A DNA stretch of 32,000 bases from Methyloligella solikamskensis (GTDB lineage: Bacteria > Pseudomonadota > Alphaproteobacteria > Rhizobiales > Methyloligellaceae): positions 2,626,124 to 2,658,123 of the forward strand of contig NZ_JBHTJO010000001.1 in the NCBI RefSeq assembly GCF_042676065.1, given 5' to 3'. The notes beneath the pieces are model-generated. The model did no database searches. It was not told where the DNA came from and saw only the letters and a program-made list of their open reading frames with translations. Below are positions 1 to 10,351 of the stretch, piece after piece; positions within the stretch are counted from its first letter, which is position 1; every line of letters begins with the position of its first letter. Made by a program: the position numbers and the translations under genes.

Positions 1-1
1 G

Positions 2-115
2 CTGGTGCCGGGCATGCCGGTGGAGGTGTTCATGAAGACCGAACCCCGCACGGTTCTCTCCTTCCTGCTGAAGCCGCTGCAGGACCAGATCGAGCGGACC
101 TTCCGGGAGGCGTAG
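2..115 (+). CDS. HlyD-family type I secretion periplasmic adaptor, last 37 codons only (gene starts upstream of the window)
   Basis: Frame 2 reads LVPGMPVEVFMKTEPRTVLSFLLKPLQDQIERTFREA, then TAG at 113-115. The GMP.EVF.KT.ERTVLS.LLKPL tail is the characteristic C-terminus of HlyD/PrtE-type adaptors. The call rests on this short motif only. Confidence 0.55.
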   Translation: MVPGMPVEVFMKTEPRTVLSFLLKPLQDQIERTFREA

Positions 116-196
116 CCGCCTCGCGCGACTGAGGTGGATCGAGCGGCGTAGCCTCGCCCCTTGCCAGACGGGCCGGGACGGCTTAGCAGGCGCGGC

Positions 197-1714
197 ATGG
201 ATGCCATCTTCGACCGGGGCGCGCCGCCGCCCTGCCCCGCGCCCTTCAATCTCGCAGCGTATGTGCTGCATCACGCGCGAGATCTCGGCGATAAAACCGC
301 GCTTGCGGTGATCTCTCCATCCGCTGCCGACCGATGGAGCTATCAGCGTCTCGAGGCCGCGGTCCTGGGAACGGCGCGGGGCTTCGTGGCCGAAGGGTTG
401 CAGCCGGGCGACCGCCTACTCATGCGGCTGGGCAACAGCGTGGAGTTTCCGCTGACTTTCCTGGCCGCGCTCGCCGCCGACATCATTCCCGTGCCGACCT
501 CGGCCCAGCTCACGGCGTCGGAAGTCGCCAAGATCATCACGGAAGTGGCGCCGAAACTGATCGTCGCGGAAGACGGCGTTGCGGTTCCGGAGAACGCGCC
601 CTGCCCTGTGCTTCCCGCCGAGGCGCTGACCGAGATGAATGGGCTTGAGCCGGCGGAATACGCCATGGGCGATCCGGAACGGCCCGGCTACATCATCTAC
701 ACATCCGGCACGTCTGGTCAGCCCCGCGCCGTGACCCATGCGCATCGCGCGATCTGGGCGCGGCGGATGATGTGGGAGGGCTGGTACGGCTTGGAAGAGA
801 GCGACCGGCTGCTCCATGCAGGCGCGTTCAACTGGACCTATACGCTGGGAACGGGGCTGCTCGACCCCTGGACCCGTGGCGCGACGGCGCTCATCCTCGA
901 TAGCGGGGTGACGCCTGATCAGCTCGGCGCGCTCATGAAAGACCATGAAGCGACGCTGTTCGCTGCCGCGCCGGGCGTCTATCGCAAGCTTCTGCGCACA
1001 CCGCTTCCCGCCCTGCCCGCGCTCCGCCACGGACTTTCGGCCGGCGAGAAGATGCCCGACGGAATCCGGAGCCATTGGGAAGAGGCGACCGGCACCCCGA
1101 TCCACGAAGCGTTCGGCATGTCGGAATGCTCCACCTTCGTCTCCAGCTCGCCAGCCCATCCGGCGCCGACCGGCACGCTCGGCTATCCGCAGAAAGGGCG
1201 CCGCGTGGCGGTGCTTGGCGAAGACGGACCAGTCAACTTCGGCGAACCGGGCGTGCTCGCCGTCTCCCGGCGAGACCCCGGTTTGATGCTGGGCTATTGG
1301 GGCGAGGCGGAAGAGACGGCGGAGCGCTTCTCCGGCGAATGGTTCCTGACCGGCGACCATGTGAGTCTCGCCAAGGACGGCGCGGTCACCTATCTCGGCC
1401 GGACCGACGACATGATCAATGCGGGCGGCATCCGCGTCTCGCCCATCGAGATCGAGTCCGTGCTGAACGCCCATCCCGATATCGCCGAGAGCGCGGCCGC
1501 CGAGGTGGAGGTCAAGGCCGATACGACGGTCATCGCCGCCTTCTATGTTTCCTCTGGCGAGATCGATCAGGACGCGTTGCAGGCCTACGCGTCTGAGAAG
1601 CTCGCCGCCTATAAGGTGCCGCGGATCTATGTGCGCCTGGACGCTCTGCCGAAGAGCGCCAACGGTAAGCTGGCGCGCAAGTTGCTCCGGGAAGACTACG
1701 AGCACAGCCACTAG
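197..1714 (+). CDS. AMP-dependent acyl/aryl-CoA ligase (adenylate-forming enzyme), substrate unknown
   Basis: ORF track 161-1714. I prefer ATG 197 (MDAIFDRG...) over the TTG at 161. It carries the AMP-binding signature YTSGTSGQPRAV, the block TGD..GRTDDMINAGGIRVSPIEIE and the C-terminal PKSANGKLARK lysine motif. Confidence 0.85.
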   Translation: MDAIFDRGAPPPCPAPFNLAAYVLHHARDLGDKTALAVISPSAADRWSYQRLEAAVLGTARGFVAEGLQPGDRLLMRLGNSVEFPLTFLAALAADIIPVPTSAQLTASEVAKIITEVAPKLIVAEDGVAVPENAPCPVLPAEALTEMNGLEPAEYAMGDPERPGYIIYTSGTSGQPRAVTHAHRAIWARRMMWEGWYGLEESDRLLHAGAFNWTYTLGTGLLDPWTRGATALILDSGVTPDQLGALMKDHEATLFAAAPGVYRKLLRTPLPALPALRHGLSAGEKMPDGIRSHWEEATGTPIHEAFGMSECSTFVSSSPAHPAPTGTLGYPQKGRRVAVLGEDGPVNFGEPGVLAVSRRDPGLMLGYWGEAEETAERFSGEWFLTGDHVSLAKDGAVTYLGRTDDMINAGGIRVSPIEIESVLNAHPDIAESAAAEVEVKADTTVIAAFYVSSGEIDQDALQAYASEKLAAYKVPRIYVRLDALPKSANGKLARKLLREDYEHSH

Positions 1715-1819
1715 CGCATGCTTCAGGGGCCGATCCGGACCCGGCGAAAAAGCTTGTACTCGCCCGCTCGTTGAGCGAGCCTTCCCATGGGGAGCATGTC
1801 TTCAAGGGAGGGCTGAAGC

Positions 1820-2101
1820 ATGACTGCTACCATCGTTCAAATCATAGTTTGGCTTATCGTCGGGGCGCTCGCCGGCTCGCTGGCCGGGTTTGCCATCACA
1901 GGCAAGCTCAGCGGGCTCGGACGCTGGATGAATCTCGGCCTCGGACTTGTCGGCGCGTTGATCGGCGGCGCGGTGTTCCGGTTCTTCAATATCTGGCCGG
2001 GGCTCGATTCCGTCTCCATTTCGCTTCGGGACATCGTCGCGGCGTTTCTGGGGGCGCTGGTTTTCCTGATCATCCTGCGGCTGATCCAGGCCCGACGATA
2101 G
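1820..2101 (+). CDS. GlsB/YeaQ/YmgE-family small membrane (stress) protein
   Basis: 93 aa with three hydrophobic Gly-rich helices (IVGALAGSLAG, LGLGLVGALIGG). A GGGAGGG Shine-Dalgarno lies 7 nt upstream of the ATG. Confidence 0.8.
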   Translation: MTATIVQIIVWLIVGALAGSLAGFAITGKLSGLGRWMNLGLGLVGALIGGAVFRFFNIWPGLDSVSISLRDIVAAFLGALVFLIILRLIQARR

Positions 2102-2198
2102 GCTTCCGCGTCCGACAGCGCTGTGGAGAACGGTTCGGACCGGCGGAACCGCAATGGGGCGTGCACGTTGCTAGAGCAGGCAACTTGAGAGGGGAGCT

Positions 2199-2456
2199 AT
2201 GCTCTATATTCTTTGGATCATTCTGATCGGCTTCATTGCTGGCGTCATCGCCAAATTCATCATGCCGGGGGACAACGAGCCTCAGGGCTTCATCCTGACT
2301 ACCCTGCTCGGCATTGCCGGCGCGTTCGTCGCGACCTATCTCGGCCAGTTCATCGGCTGGTATAATGCGGAGGATTCCGCCGGTCTTATCGGCGCGACCG
2401 TCGGAGCGATCATCGTGCTGTTCATCTGGGGCGCCATCGCCAAAGAACGCAGCTAG
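2199..2456 (+). CDS. GlsB/YeaQ/YmgE-family small membrane (stress) protein, paralog of 1820-2101
   Basis: 85 aa. MLYILWIILIGFIAGVIAKFIMPG...GFILTTLLGIAGAFVATYLG is near-canonical for this family. Confidence 0.85.
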   Translation: MLYILWIILIGFIAGVIAKFIMPGDNEPQGFILTTLLGIAGAFVATYLGQFIGWYNAEDSAGLIGATVGAIIVLFIWGAIAKERS

Positions 2457-2490
2457 ACGCGTGTAGCGCCGCCGCTGCGAAGCGGGTGCA

Positions 2491-2528
2491 GAGGACCTGC
2501 ATGGAGAACTTTCTCCCTGCAGGTCTTC
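2491..2528 (+). terminator. Long imperfect GC-rich hairpin 35 nt after the GlsB-2 stop; candidate terminator or REP-like element, no U-tract
   Basis: gAGGACCTGCATGGAG-aactt-tCTCCCTGCAGGTCTTc gives about a 16-bp stem with one T/C mismatch and one G-T wobble. It is followed by cccgctcgg, with no T run. Confidence 0.4.
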
Positions 2529-2656
2529 CCCGCTCGGCGTATCGATATTGCTTCCGTCGTCGGAGAGACACGCTTCTCCGTTAGATGCATTCTCTGCGAC
2601 CGAACTGAATTGTACTGACCCAAATTTGCCGATCGAAATTCATGGGGGCTTAGACA

Positions 2657-3631
2657 GTGGCAGCACTGTCAGTAGCTTTTTTCATTCTGGCGGCGATCGT
2701 AATCGTGGGCAGTTATCTGCCTCTGATCCCGACTCATGCCGGAATCGTCCGTATCTGCGATTTTCCGCGGCCGCAATTGCTCATCGGCGGGGCCGTCGCG
2801 CTTGCGGGACTTGCGCTGACGACCAGCTGGCAGGATCCGCTCTTCTGGATCGCGGCCGTACTGCTAATCCCCGCCCTCGTGCTGCAGGCCTTGCGCATCT
2901 GGCCTTACATGCCGCTTCTGCCACCTCCCACGCGTCCGCCGGCGAAGCCGGAAACCCGTAAGCTCTCGCTGCTGATGGCCAATGTGCGGCGGGAGAATCG
3001 CAACGCCGATACCCTCGTCACGCTCCTCAAACAGTACGATCCGGACATCGCCTTCATCGTGGAGATCGACGATTGGTGGAAGGACCAGCTCCAGCCGATC
3101 GCCGATCGCTATCCGCACGTCACCGCCCTGCCCCAGGACAATGGCTACGGGCTCCTGTTCATGACGCGATTGCCCCTCGAGGCGTGCGAGATACGCCACT
3201 TGGTCCGTAAGGAGATCCCGTCGCTGAGGGCCAAGCTGAGCCTGGAGCCGGGGAACAGCTTCTGGTTCTACGGGCTCCACCCGGAGCCGCCCGGGCCGGT
3301 GCAGGACGCTGAAGACCGGGATGCCGAACTGCTGATCGTGGCCCGGGAGATGCGCGACGACGGCGAAGCTTCCGTGGTGGCCGGCGACCTCAACGACGTC
3401 GCCTGGTCACGCACCACGTCGAGCTTCCAGCGGATTTCGAGCTCACAGGATCCGCGCCGCGGGCGCGGACTTTATGCGACCTTCCACGCCGATTACTGGT
3501 TCGCCCGCTGGCCGCTGGACCACCTGTTCCATACCCACGAGTTCGCAACCAAGGAGATCGAGGTGTTGCCCCATATCGGGTCGGATCACTTCCCGGTCTT
3601 CGCGCGGCTCTCCTATGTCGGCGAGCCTTAG
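2657..3631 (+). CDS. Membrane-anchored endonuclease/exonuclease/phosphatase (EEP) family protein
   Basis: 324 aa with a GTG start. The N-terminal ~90 aa hold 3-4 hydrophobic helices. EEP blocks follow (LSLLMANV..EN, DPDIAFIVE, VVAGDLNDV, GSDHFPV near the C-terminus). Confidence 0.75.
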   Translation: MAALSVAFFILAAIVIVGSYLPLIPTHAGIVRICDFPRPQLLIGGAVALAGLALTTSWQDPLFWIAAVLLIPALVLQALRIWPYMPLLPPPTRPPAKPETRKLSLLMANVRRENRNADTLVTLLKQYDPDIAFIVEIDDWWKDQLQPIADRYPHVTALPQDNGYGLLFMTRLPLEACEIRHLVRKEIPSLRAKLSLEPGNSFWFYGLHPEPPGPVQDAEDRDAELLIVAREMRDDGEASVVAGDLNDVAWSRTTSSFQRISSSQDPRRGRGLYATFHADYWFARWPLDHLFHTHEFATKEIEVLPHIGSDHFPVFARLSYVGEP

Positions 3632-3651
3632 GCTGTAGCCGGCGTAAAGCC

Positions 3652-4353
3652 CTACGCTTCATCCTGCTGGCAGATGCCCAGGAGCCCTTCGCGGTCGGTC
3701 ACCTTGATCCGGCCATAGCTTTTCTCGATCAGCCCCTCGTTTGCGAAACGTTTGACCACGCGCTGCAGGGTCGGCACGGAGATGGCCGTCATGCGTGCCA
3801 GATCGGCTTGGGAAATCGGCAGCCAACCGTCTTGGTCCGGCCAACCGTTCAGTTCGAAGAGCAGCTTGTCGGCAACCCGTTTGGTGGCCGACGCCATGGA
3901 CAGGTTGGTGACGATCTTGAAGGTGGACTCGAAGTTCTCGTAGGTGAGCTGATAGAAATCCGCATAGAGAGCGGGATCCTCACGCAGCATCTTGCTCAGT
4001 TCGTGGATCGGCAGATGAACGAGGGTGGTCTGCTCGGCGGCGTAGAGGGACACGAGGCGCGGGCGGTCCGACAAAAGCGCTAGATCACCGAACCAGAATC
4101 CGGCGCCGGCCCGGTGCATGACGTAATCCTCGCCATCGCTGCGGGGGAACGAACAGTTCAGCGAACCGCGGACCAGCCCAAACACCCCGCTCGGCGCGTC
4201 CCCGGCCCGGTATACGGCCGCGTTCGCCTCGAAATGGCGGAGCTTCGCAATCGAACCGAGCCGCTTCCGGACTGCTGCGTTCCGCTGGGCGAACCACCCC
4301 CGCTGCTCCAGGACCGTGAGGGCCGCGTGCAGCCTTGTAACCTCATGATTCAA
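3652..4353 (-). CDS. Crp/Fnr-family transcriptional regulator
   Basis: 233 aa. A cNMP-binding-type barrel (YRAGD..GVFGLVRGSL...GFWFGD) is followed by a C-terminal HTH (ISQADLARMTAISVPTLQRVVKRF). The only 5'-proximal in-frame start is TTG 4353 with a weak SD, so the start is uncertain. Confidence 0.8.
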   Translation of the reverse strand: MNHEVTRLHAALTVLEQRGWFAQRNAAVRKRLGSIAKLRHFEANAAVYRAGDAPSGVFGLVRGSLNCSFPRSDGEDYVMHRAGAGFWFGDLALLSDRPRLVSLYAAEQTTLVHLPIHELSKMLREDPALYADFYQLTYENFESTFKIVTNLSMASATKRVADKLLFELNGWPDQDGWLPISQADLARMTAISVPTLQRVVKRFANEGLIEKSYGRIKVTDREGLLGICQQDEA

Positions 4354-4465
4354 AGCAGAAGAACCATTTTCCGAATTTGTGAACCAATCCCATCAGATGA
4401 TCGCTTCTCTGTCATACGGCAGGAGTAGGCTGACCACAATAAAGAGCGCCTAGGGAGGGCGTCCT

Positions 4466-5464
4466 ATGGGGTCCACTGCGCGCGTCATTGCGCTGGCAGC
4501 CATTGCGGTGGCGATTGCCTCGTCCGCCTTCGCCCAGGCGGATCCACTTCCCTCATGGAACGACGGTCCCAGCAAACAAGCCATTGAAAGCTTCGTCGAG
4601 AAGGTGACGGAGGAAGACGGCGCGGACTATGTCGCGCCCGACGACCGGATCGCCGTGTTCGACAATGACGGGACTTTATGGGTCGAGCATCCGGCCTATA
4701 CCCAGTTCGTCTTCGCCATGGACAGGGTGAAAGAGCTGGCGCCGGAGCATCCGGAATGGAAAGAGCAGCAGCCCTTCAAGGCCGCGCTCGAAGGCGACAT
4801 GAAGACCCTTGCCTCCTACGGAAAGAAGGGGCTTGTCGAGATCATCATGGCGACCCATGCCGGCATGACACCGGCGGAGTTCGAGGCGATCGTCGAAAAG
4901 TGGATCGCCACGGCAAAGCATCCCCGCTTCAAGAAGCCTTACACCGAGCTCGCCTACCAGCCGATGCTGGAGCTGCTCGACTATCTCCGCGACAACGGTT
5001 TCAAGACCTTCATCGTCTCGGGCGGCGGCATCGAGTTCATGCGCCCCTGGACGGATCGGGTCTATGGGGTGCCGCCCGACCAGGTGGTGGGCTCCAGCAT
5101 CAAGACGGAATTCCAGGACAAGGACGGCAAGCCGGAGCTTTTTCGGCTGCCTGAGATGAACTTCGTCGACGACGGGCCGGGCAAGCCTGTCGGTATCAAT
5201 CAGCATATAGGCCAGCGGCCTATTGCTGCCTTCGGCAACTCCGACGGCGATCTACAGATGCTCGAATGGACCACGGCGGGCGACGGCCCCCGCTTCGGCC
5301 TGATCGTGCACCACACAGATGCGGAACGGGAATACGCCTATGACCGGGATACCCAGTTCGGACGCCTCGACAAGGGGCTCGACCTGGCGCCGAAGGAAGG
5401 CTGGACGGTCGTCGATATGAAGACCGACTGGAAAGAGATCTTCCCGCCGGAGCCTAAACCGTAG
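4466..5464 (+). CDS. Secreted HAD-superfamily hydrolase (phosphatase-like)
   Basis: 332 aa. It has a signal peptide (..AIASSAFA/QA), HAD motif I VFDNDGTLW and a late motif FGNSDGDLQML. A GGGAGGG SD lies 6 nt upstream. Confidence 0.75.
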   Translation: MGSTARVIALAAIAVAIASSAFAQADPLPSWNDGPSKQAIESFVEKVTEEDGADYVAPDDRIAVFDNDGTLWVEHPAYTQFVFAMDRVKELAPEHPEWKEQQPFKAALEGDMKTLASYGKKGLVEIIMATHAGMTPAEFEAIVEKWIATAKHPRFKKPYTELAYQPMLELLDYLRDNGFKTFIVSGGGIEFMRPWTDRVYGVPPDQVVGSSIKTEFQDKDGKPELFRLPEMNFVDDGPGKPVGINQHIGQRPIAAFGNSDGDLQMLEWTTAGDGPRFGLIVHHTDAEREYAYDRDTQFGRLDKGLDLAPKEGWTVVDMKTDWKEIFPPEPKP

Positions 5465-5516
5465 CACGGTGAGGCCCGGCATAATTTTTCGAACAGCTTC
5501 GTAGGAGGAAGCAGGC

Positions 5517-7220
5517 ATGAGTGGCCCATTGAAGCGATATCTGTGCGTCACGCTGTCGATGACAGTGATGGCGTTTTCCGGGGCGGCCTACGCCCAGTCG
5601 GAAACCCCGGCAGATCCCACCAAGAAGGAAACAGCCGAAACGACGACCGAGACCAAGAGCGATCGGCCGAACATCCTGCTGATCGTCTCCGACGACACGG
5701 GCTGGGGCGATCTCGGCCCCTATCTCGGCGGCAAGGCGCGGGGGATGCAGACCCCGAATTTCGACAAGCTGGCCGAAGAAGGCATGACCTTCACCAATTT
5801 CTATGGCCAGCCGAGCTGCACGCCTGGCCGCGCCGCGATCCAGACGGGCCGCATTCCCAACCGGTCCGGCATGACCACCGTGGCCTTCCAGGGCCAGGGC
5901 GGCGGCTTGCCGGCAGCGGAATGGACCCTGGGCTCGGTTCTCAAGAAGGCCGGCTACGACACCTACTTCACGGGCAAGTGGCATCTTGGCGAAGCAGACT
6001 ACGCGCTACCGAACGCGCAAGGCTACGACAAGATGAAATACGCCTTCCTGTATCACCTGAACGCCTACACCTATGGCGATCCGAAGTGGTTCCCGGCCAT
6101 GGATCCCAAAGTGCGTGAGATGTTCCAGAAGGTGACCAAGGGGGCGATGTCCGGCAATGCGGGCGAACCGGCCAAGCAGGTCTTTTCGGTGAACGGCGAG
6201 TATGTCGATACGCCGGAGGAAGGCGTGGTGGGCATCCCCTATCTCGACGCCTATGTAGAAGAAGCGGCCACCGAATTTCTCGAGGACGCGGCAAAATCCG
6301 ACAAGCCTTTCTTCATCAACGTCAACTTCATGAAGAACCACCAGCCGAACATGCCGGCACCGGAGTTCGAGCATAAGTCGATCTCGAAATCGAAATATTC
6401 GGATTCGGTCTACGAGCTGGATACCCGGGTCGGCCGGCTGCTGAAGAAGCTCGACGAGCTCGGCATGGCGGAGAACACCATCGTCTTCTACACGGTCGAT
6501 AACGGCGCCTGGCAGGATGTCTATCCCGACGCCGGCTACACGCCGTTCCGCGGCACCAAGGGTACCGTTCGTGAAGGCGGCAACCGCGTGCCGGCCATCG
6601 TGCGCTGGCCCGGCAAGGTCGCGGAAGGTGTGGTCAGCGACGACATCTCCGGCGGTCTCGACCTCATGGCCACGTTCGCCTCGGTCGCCGGTACCGAGCT
6701 GCCGAAAGAGGACCGGGACGGCAAGCCGATCATCTTCGACAGCTACGACATGACGCCGGTTTGGACCGGGTCGGGCGAAGCGCCTCGGGACCAGTGGTTC
6801 TACTTCACCGAGAACGAGCTTTCGCCGGGCGCGATCCGCTACCAGCAGTACAAGTTCGTGTTCAACATGCGCGGCGACGACGGTCAGCAGACCGGCGGAC
6901 TTTCGGTCGACACCAATCTCGGCTGGAAGGGCGCGGAGAAGTACGTGGCAACGATCCCGCAGCTCTACGACCTGCGGGCCGACCCGCAAGAGCGCTACGA
7001 CATCTTCATGACCAACTTCACCGAGCAGAGCTGGGCGGCGGTGCTCGGCAACGAGGAGCTCGCGAAGCTTATGAAGACCTATGTCGAGTATCCGCCCCGC
7101 AAGATGCAGAGCGAGACCTATACGGGCCCGATCACCCTCTCCGGGTATCAGCGCTTCGATTGGGTCCGGAAGCAGCTTGAGAAGGATGGGGTGAACATTC
7201 CCATGCCCACGGGCAACTAA
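5517..7220 (+). CDS. Secreted Cys-type (formylglycine) sulfatase, arylsulfatase-A-like
   Basis: 567 aa. It has a signal peptide (..FSGAAYA/QS), LIVSDDTGWGDLG, the formylglycine motif SCTPGRAAIQTGR (C-x-P-x-R) and GKWHLG, with an AGGAGGA SD. It starts only 52 nt after the HAD gene. Confidence 0.9.
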   Translation: MSGPLKRYLCVTLSMTVMAFSGAAYAQSETPADPTKKETAETTTETKSDRPNILLIVSDDTGWGDLGPYLGGKARGMQTPNFDKLAEEGMTFTNFYGQPSCTPGRAAIQTGRIPNRSGMTTVAFQGQGGGLPAAEWTLGSVLKKAGYDTYFTGKWHLGEADYALPNAQGYDKMKYAFLYHLNAYTYGDPKWFPAMDPKVREMFQKVTKGAMSGNAGEPAKQVFSVNGEYVDTPEEGVVGIPYLDAYVEEAATEFLEDAAKSDKPFFINVNFMKNHQPNMPAPEFEHKSISKSKYSDSVYELDTRVGRLLKKLDELGMAENTIVFYTVDNGAWQDVYPDAGYTPFRGTKGTVREGGNRVPAIVRWPGKVAEGVVSDDISGGLDLMATFASVAGTELPKEDRDGKPIIFDSYDMTPVWTGSGEAPRDQWFYFTENELSPGAIRYQQYKFVFNMRGDDGQQTGGLSVDTNLGWKGAEKYVATIPQLYDLRADPQERYDIFMTNFTEQSWAAVLGNEELAKLMKTYVEYPPRKMQSETYTGPITLSGYQRFDWVRKQLEKDGVNIPMPTGN

Positions 7221-7246
7221 GGCGCAAGATCAAAGCACCCGAGAAG

Positions 7247-7278
7247 GGCCGGTCCGGAAACGGGCCGGCCTTTTTTTT
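7247..7278 (+). terminator. Rho-independent terminator of the HAD-sulfatase unit
   Basis: GGCCGGTCCG-GAAA-CGGGCCGGCC forms a 10-bp stem with one G-T wobble and a GNRA tetraloop. It is followed directly by T8 (7271-7278). Confidence 0.9.
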
Positions 7279-7365
7279 ATGCCTCTTTTTGGCGTCACGC
7301 GGACCGAACTCCGGCGTAGTATTCACCACTCGAGGTTGTTTCTCGGGTTCCACGCAAGGAGCAGC

Positions 7366-8418
7366 ATGATGACCCTCAACATGGAAAAACTGGAGCCCCT
7401 GCTCCACACGATGGTGCAGGAGCTGGGGGCGGCCGCAACCGCCGCGCTGGTTCTGATCGGCGACAAGCTCGGGCTCTATGCGGCGCTCGCCGAAGGCGGA
7501 CCGTTCAGCCCCCAGGAGCTTGCCGACGAGACGGGCACGAACGAGCGCTATATCCGCGAATGGCTCGCCTGCCAGGCGGCGTCGGGCTACGTGGACTACG
7601 ATGCAGAAACCGGCGATTTCTCCATGACACCAGAGCAGGCCGCCATCCTCGCCGATCCCGACAGCCCGGTGAACATGACCGGCGGGTTCTATTCCCTGGC
7701 GGCGGTCTTCGCCGACGAACCGAAGCTGGTAGAAGCCTTCAAATACGGAAGCGGTATCGGCTGGGGCGATCACAGCGAGTGCCTGTTCTGCGGCACCGAG
7801 CGCTTCTTCCGCCCCGGCTACAAGGCCCATCTGGTCAATGACTGGCTACCGGCGCTGGACGGCGTGGTGGATACGCTCAAAGCGGGCGGCAAGGTCGCCG
7901 ATGTCGGTTGCGGCCACGGTGTCTCGACTGCCGTGATGGCGGAAGCCTTCCCGAAATCGGAGTTCACCGGCATCGATTTTCACGCCCCCTCGATCGAGCA
8001 CGCCAAATCCCACGCGAACGGCCAGAGCAATCTGAGCTTCGAGGTCGGCCAGGCGCAGGATTTCGAAGGCAGCGGCTACGATCTAGTGACAGTGTTCGAC
8101 GCGCTACATGACATGGGCGATCCCGTGGGCGTGGCCTCCCATATCCGCAAGACGCTGAAGCCCGGCGGAACGCTGATGATCGTGGAGCCTCTGGCCGGCG
8201 ACACGCTGGCGGAGAACCTCAATCCCGTGGGCCGGATCTATTACGCCTTCTCGACGAATATCTGCGTGCCGGCTTCGCTGAACCAGGAGGTGGGGGCCGC
8301 GCTCGGCGCCCAGGCGGGCGAGAAGCGGCTGACCGAGGTGCTGACCGAAGCGGGCTTCGCAAGCGTACGCCGCGCGGCCGAGACGCCGTTCAACATGATC
8401 CTGGAAGCCCGCGCTTAG
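7366..8418 (+). CDS. Class I SAM-dependent methyltransferase with N-terminal winged-helix domain (Rv2258c-like)
   Basis: ORF track 7279-8418. ATG 7366 (MMTLNMEKLEPL) has an AAGGAG SD and lies after the 7247-7278 terminator. SAM motif I is VADVGCGHG and a later motif is DLVTVFDALHDM. Confidence 0.8.
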   Translation: MMTLNMEKLEPLLHTMVQELGAAATAALVLIGDKLGLYAALAEGGPFSPQELADETGTNERYIREWLACQAASGYVDYDAETGDFSMTPEQAAILADPDSPVNMTGGFYSLAAVFADEPKLVEAFKYGSGIGWGDHSECLFCGTERFFRPGYKAHLVNDWLPALDGVVDTLKAGGKVADVGCGHGVSTAVMAEAFPKSEFTGIDFHAPSIEHAKSHANGQSNLSFEVGQAQDFEGSGYDLVTVFDALHDMGDPVGVASHIRKTLKPGGTLMIVEPLAGDTLAENLNPVGRIYYAFSTNICVPASLNQEVGAALGAQAGEKRLTEVLTEAGFASVRRAAETPFNMILEARA

Positions 8419-8536
8419 AAAGAACCAATGCGTCCAGGTGCTGTTTTCGAGCGCCTGCCGAACATGCGGGAATTCCGCCGGGCGCTGCGCTGATGGCTGC
8501 GCTTTTGCGCACGCCGCACCACGAGATTTCACCCAA

Positions 8537-8565
8537 CTGTCACCGACGCGATACGGCCCTGTCAT
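8537..8565 (+). promoter_or_regulatory. Candidate Pho box (PhoB site) upstream of ptxA
   Basis: CTGTCAC (8537-8543) and CTGTCAT (8559-8565) are direct repeats 22 bp apart start to start, which is two helical turns. The second repeat ends 62 nt upstream of the ptxA ATG. The middle 11-bp unit (GCGATAC) is degenerate. Confidence 0.35.
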
Positions 8566-8627
8566 GGGCGGCGCCTACGAACGAATGATCTGAATTCGCA
8601 ATCATCGAGGCAGCTCGATTACAGATC

Positions 8628-10309
<1,682 letters not shown>

Positions 10310-10320
10310 AGGAATAAGGC

Positions 10321-10342
10321 GCCGGGGGCTCACGTCCCCGGC
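10321..10342 (+). promoter_or_regulatory. Intercistronic stem-loop between ptxB and ptxC
   Basis: GCCGGGG-gctcacgt-CCCCGGC forms a 7-bp GC stem. It sits in the 42-nt ptxB-ptxC gap, with no U-tract. Confidence 0.4.
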
Positions 10343-10351
10343 CCCATTGCC

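Noticed and set aside
416-1711. 431-aa ORF antisense to the acyl-CoA ligase gene, with similar long antisense ORFs at 6006-6989, 9347-10012, 11065-12060, 11922-12986 and 12946-13734
   Set aside because: They are Arg/Gly/Ala/Pro-rich, carry no recognisable motifs and lack an SD. Each lies exactly opposite a well-supported gene. They are typical stop-codon-poor shadow frames of high-GC DNA.
4354-4465. Search for a CRP (TGTGA-N6-TCACA) or FNR/FixK (TTGA-N6-TCAA) site in the crp/HAD divergent region
   Set aside because: TGTGAACCAATCCCAT matches only the left half-site. No acceptable palindrome was found, so no site is reported.
8104-8565. 153-aa minus-strand ORF spanning the methyltransferase 3' end and the ptx promoter region
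   Set aside because: It has no SD and no family features. It overlaps a supported gene and the regulatory region, so it is probably spurious.
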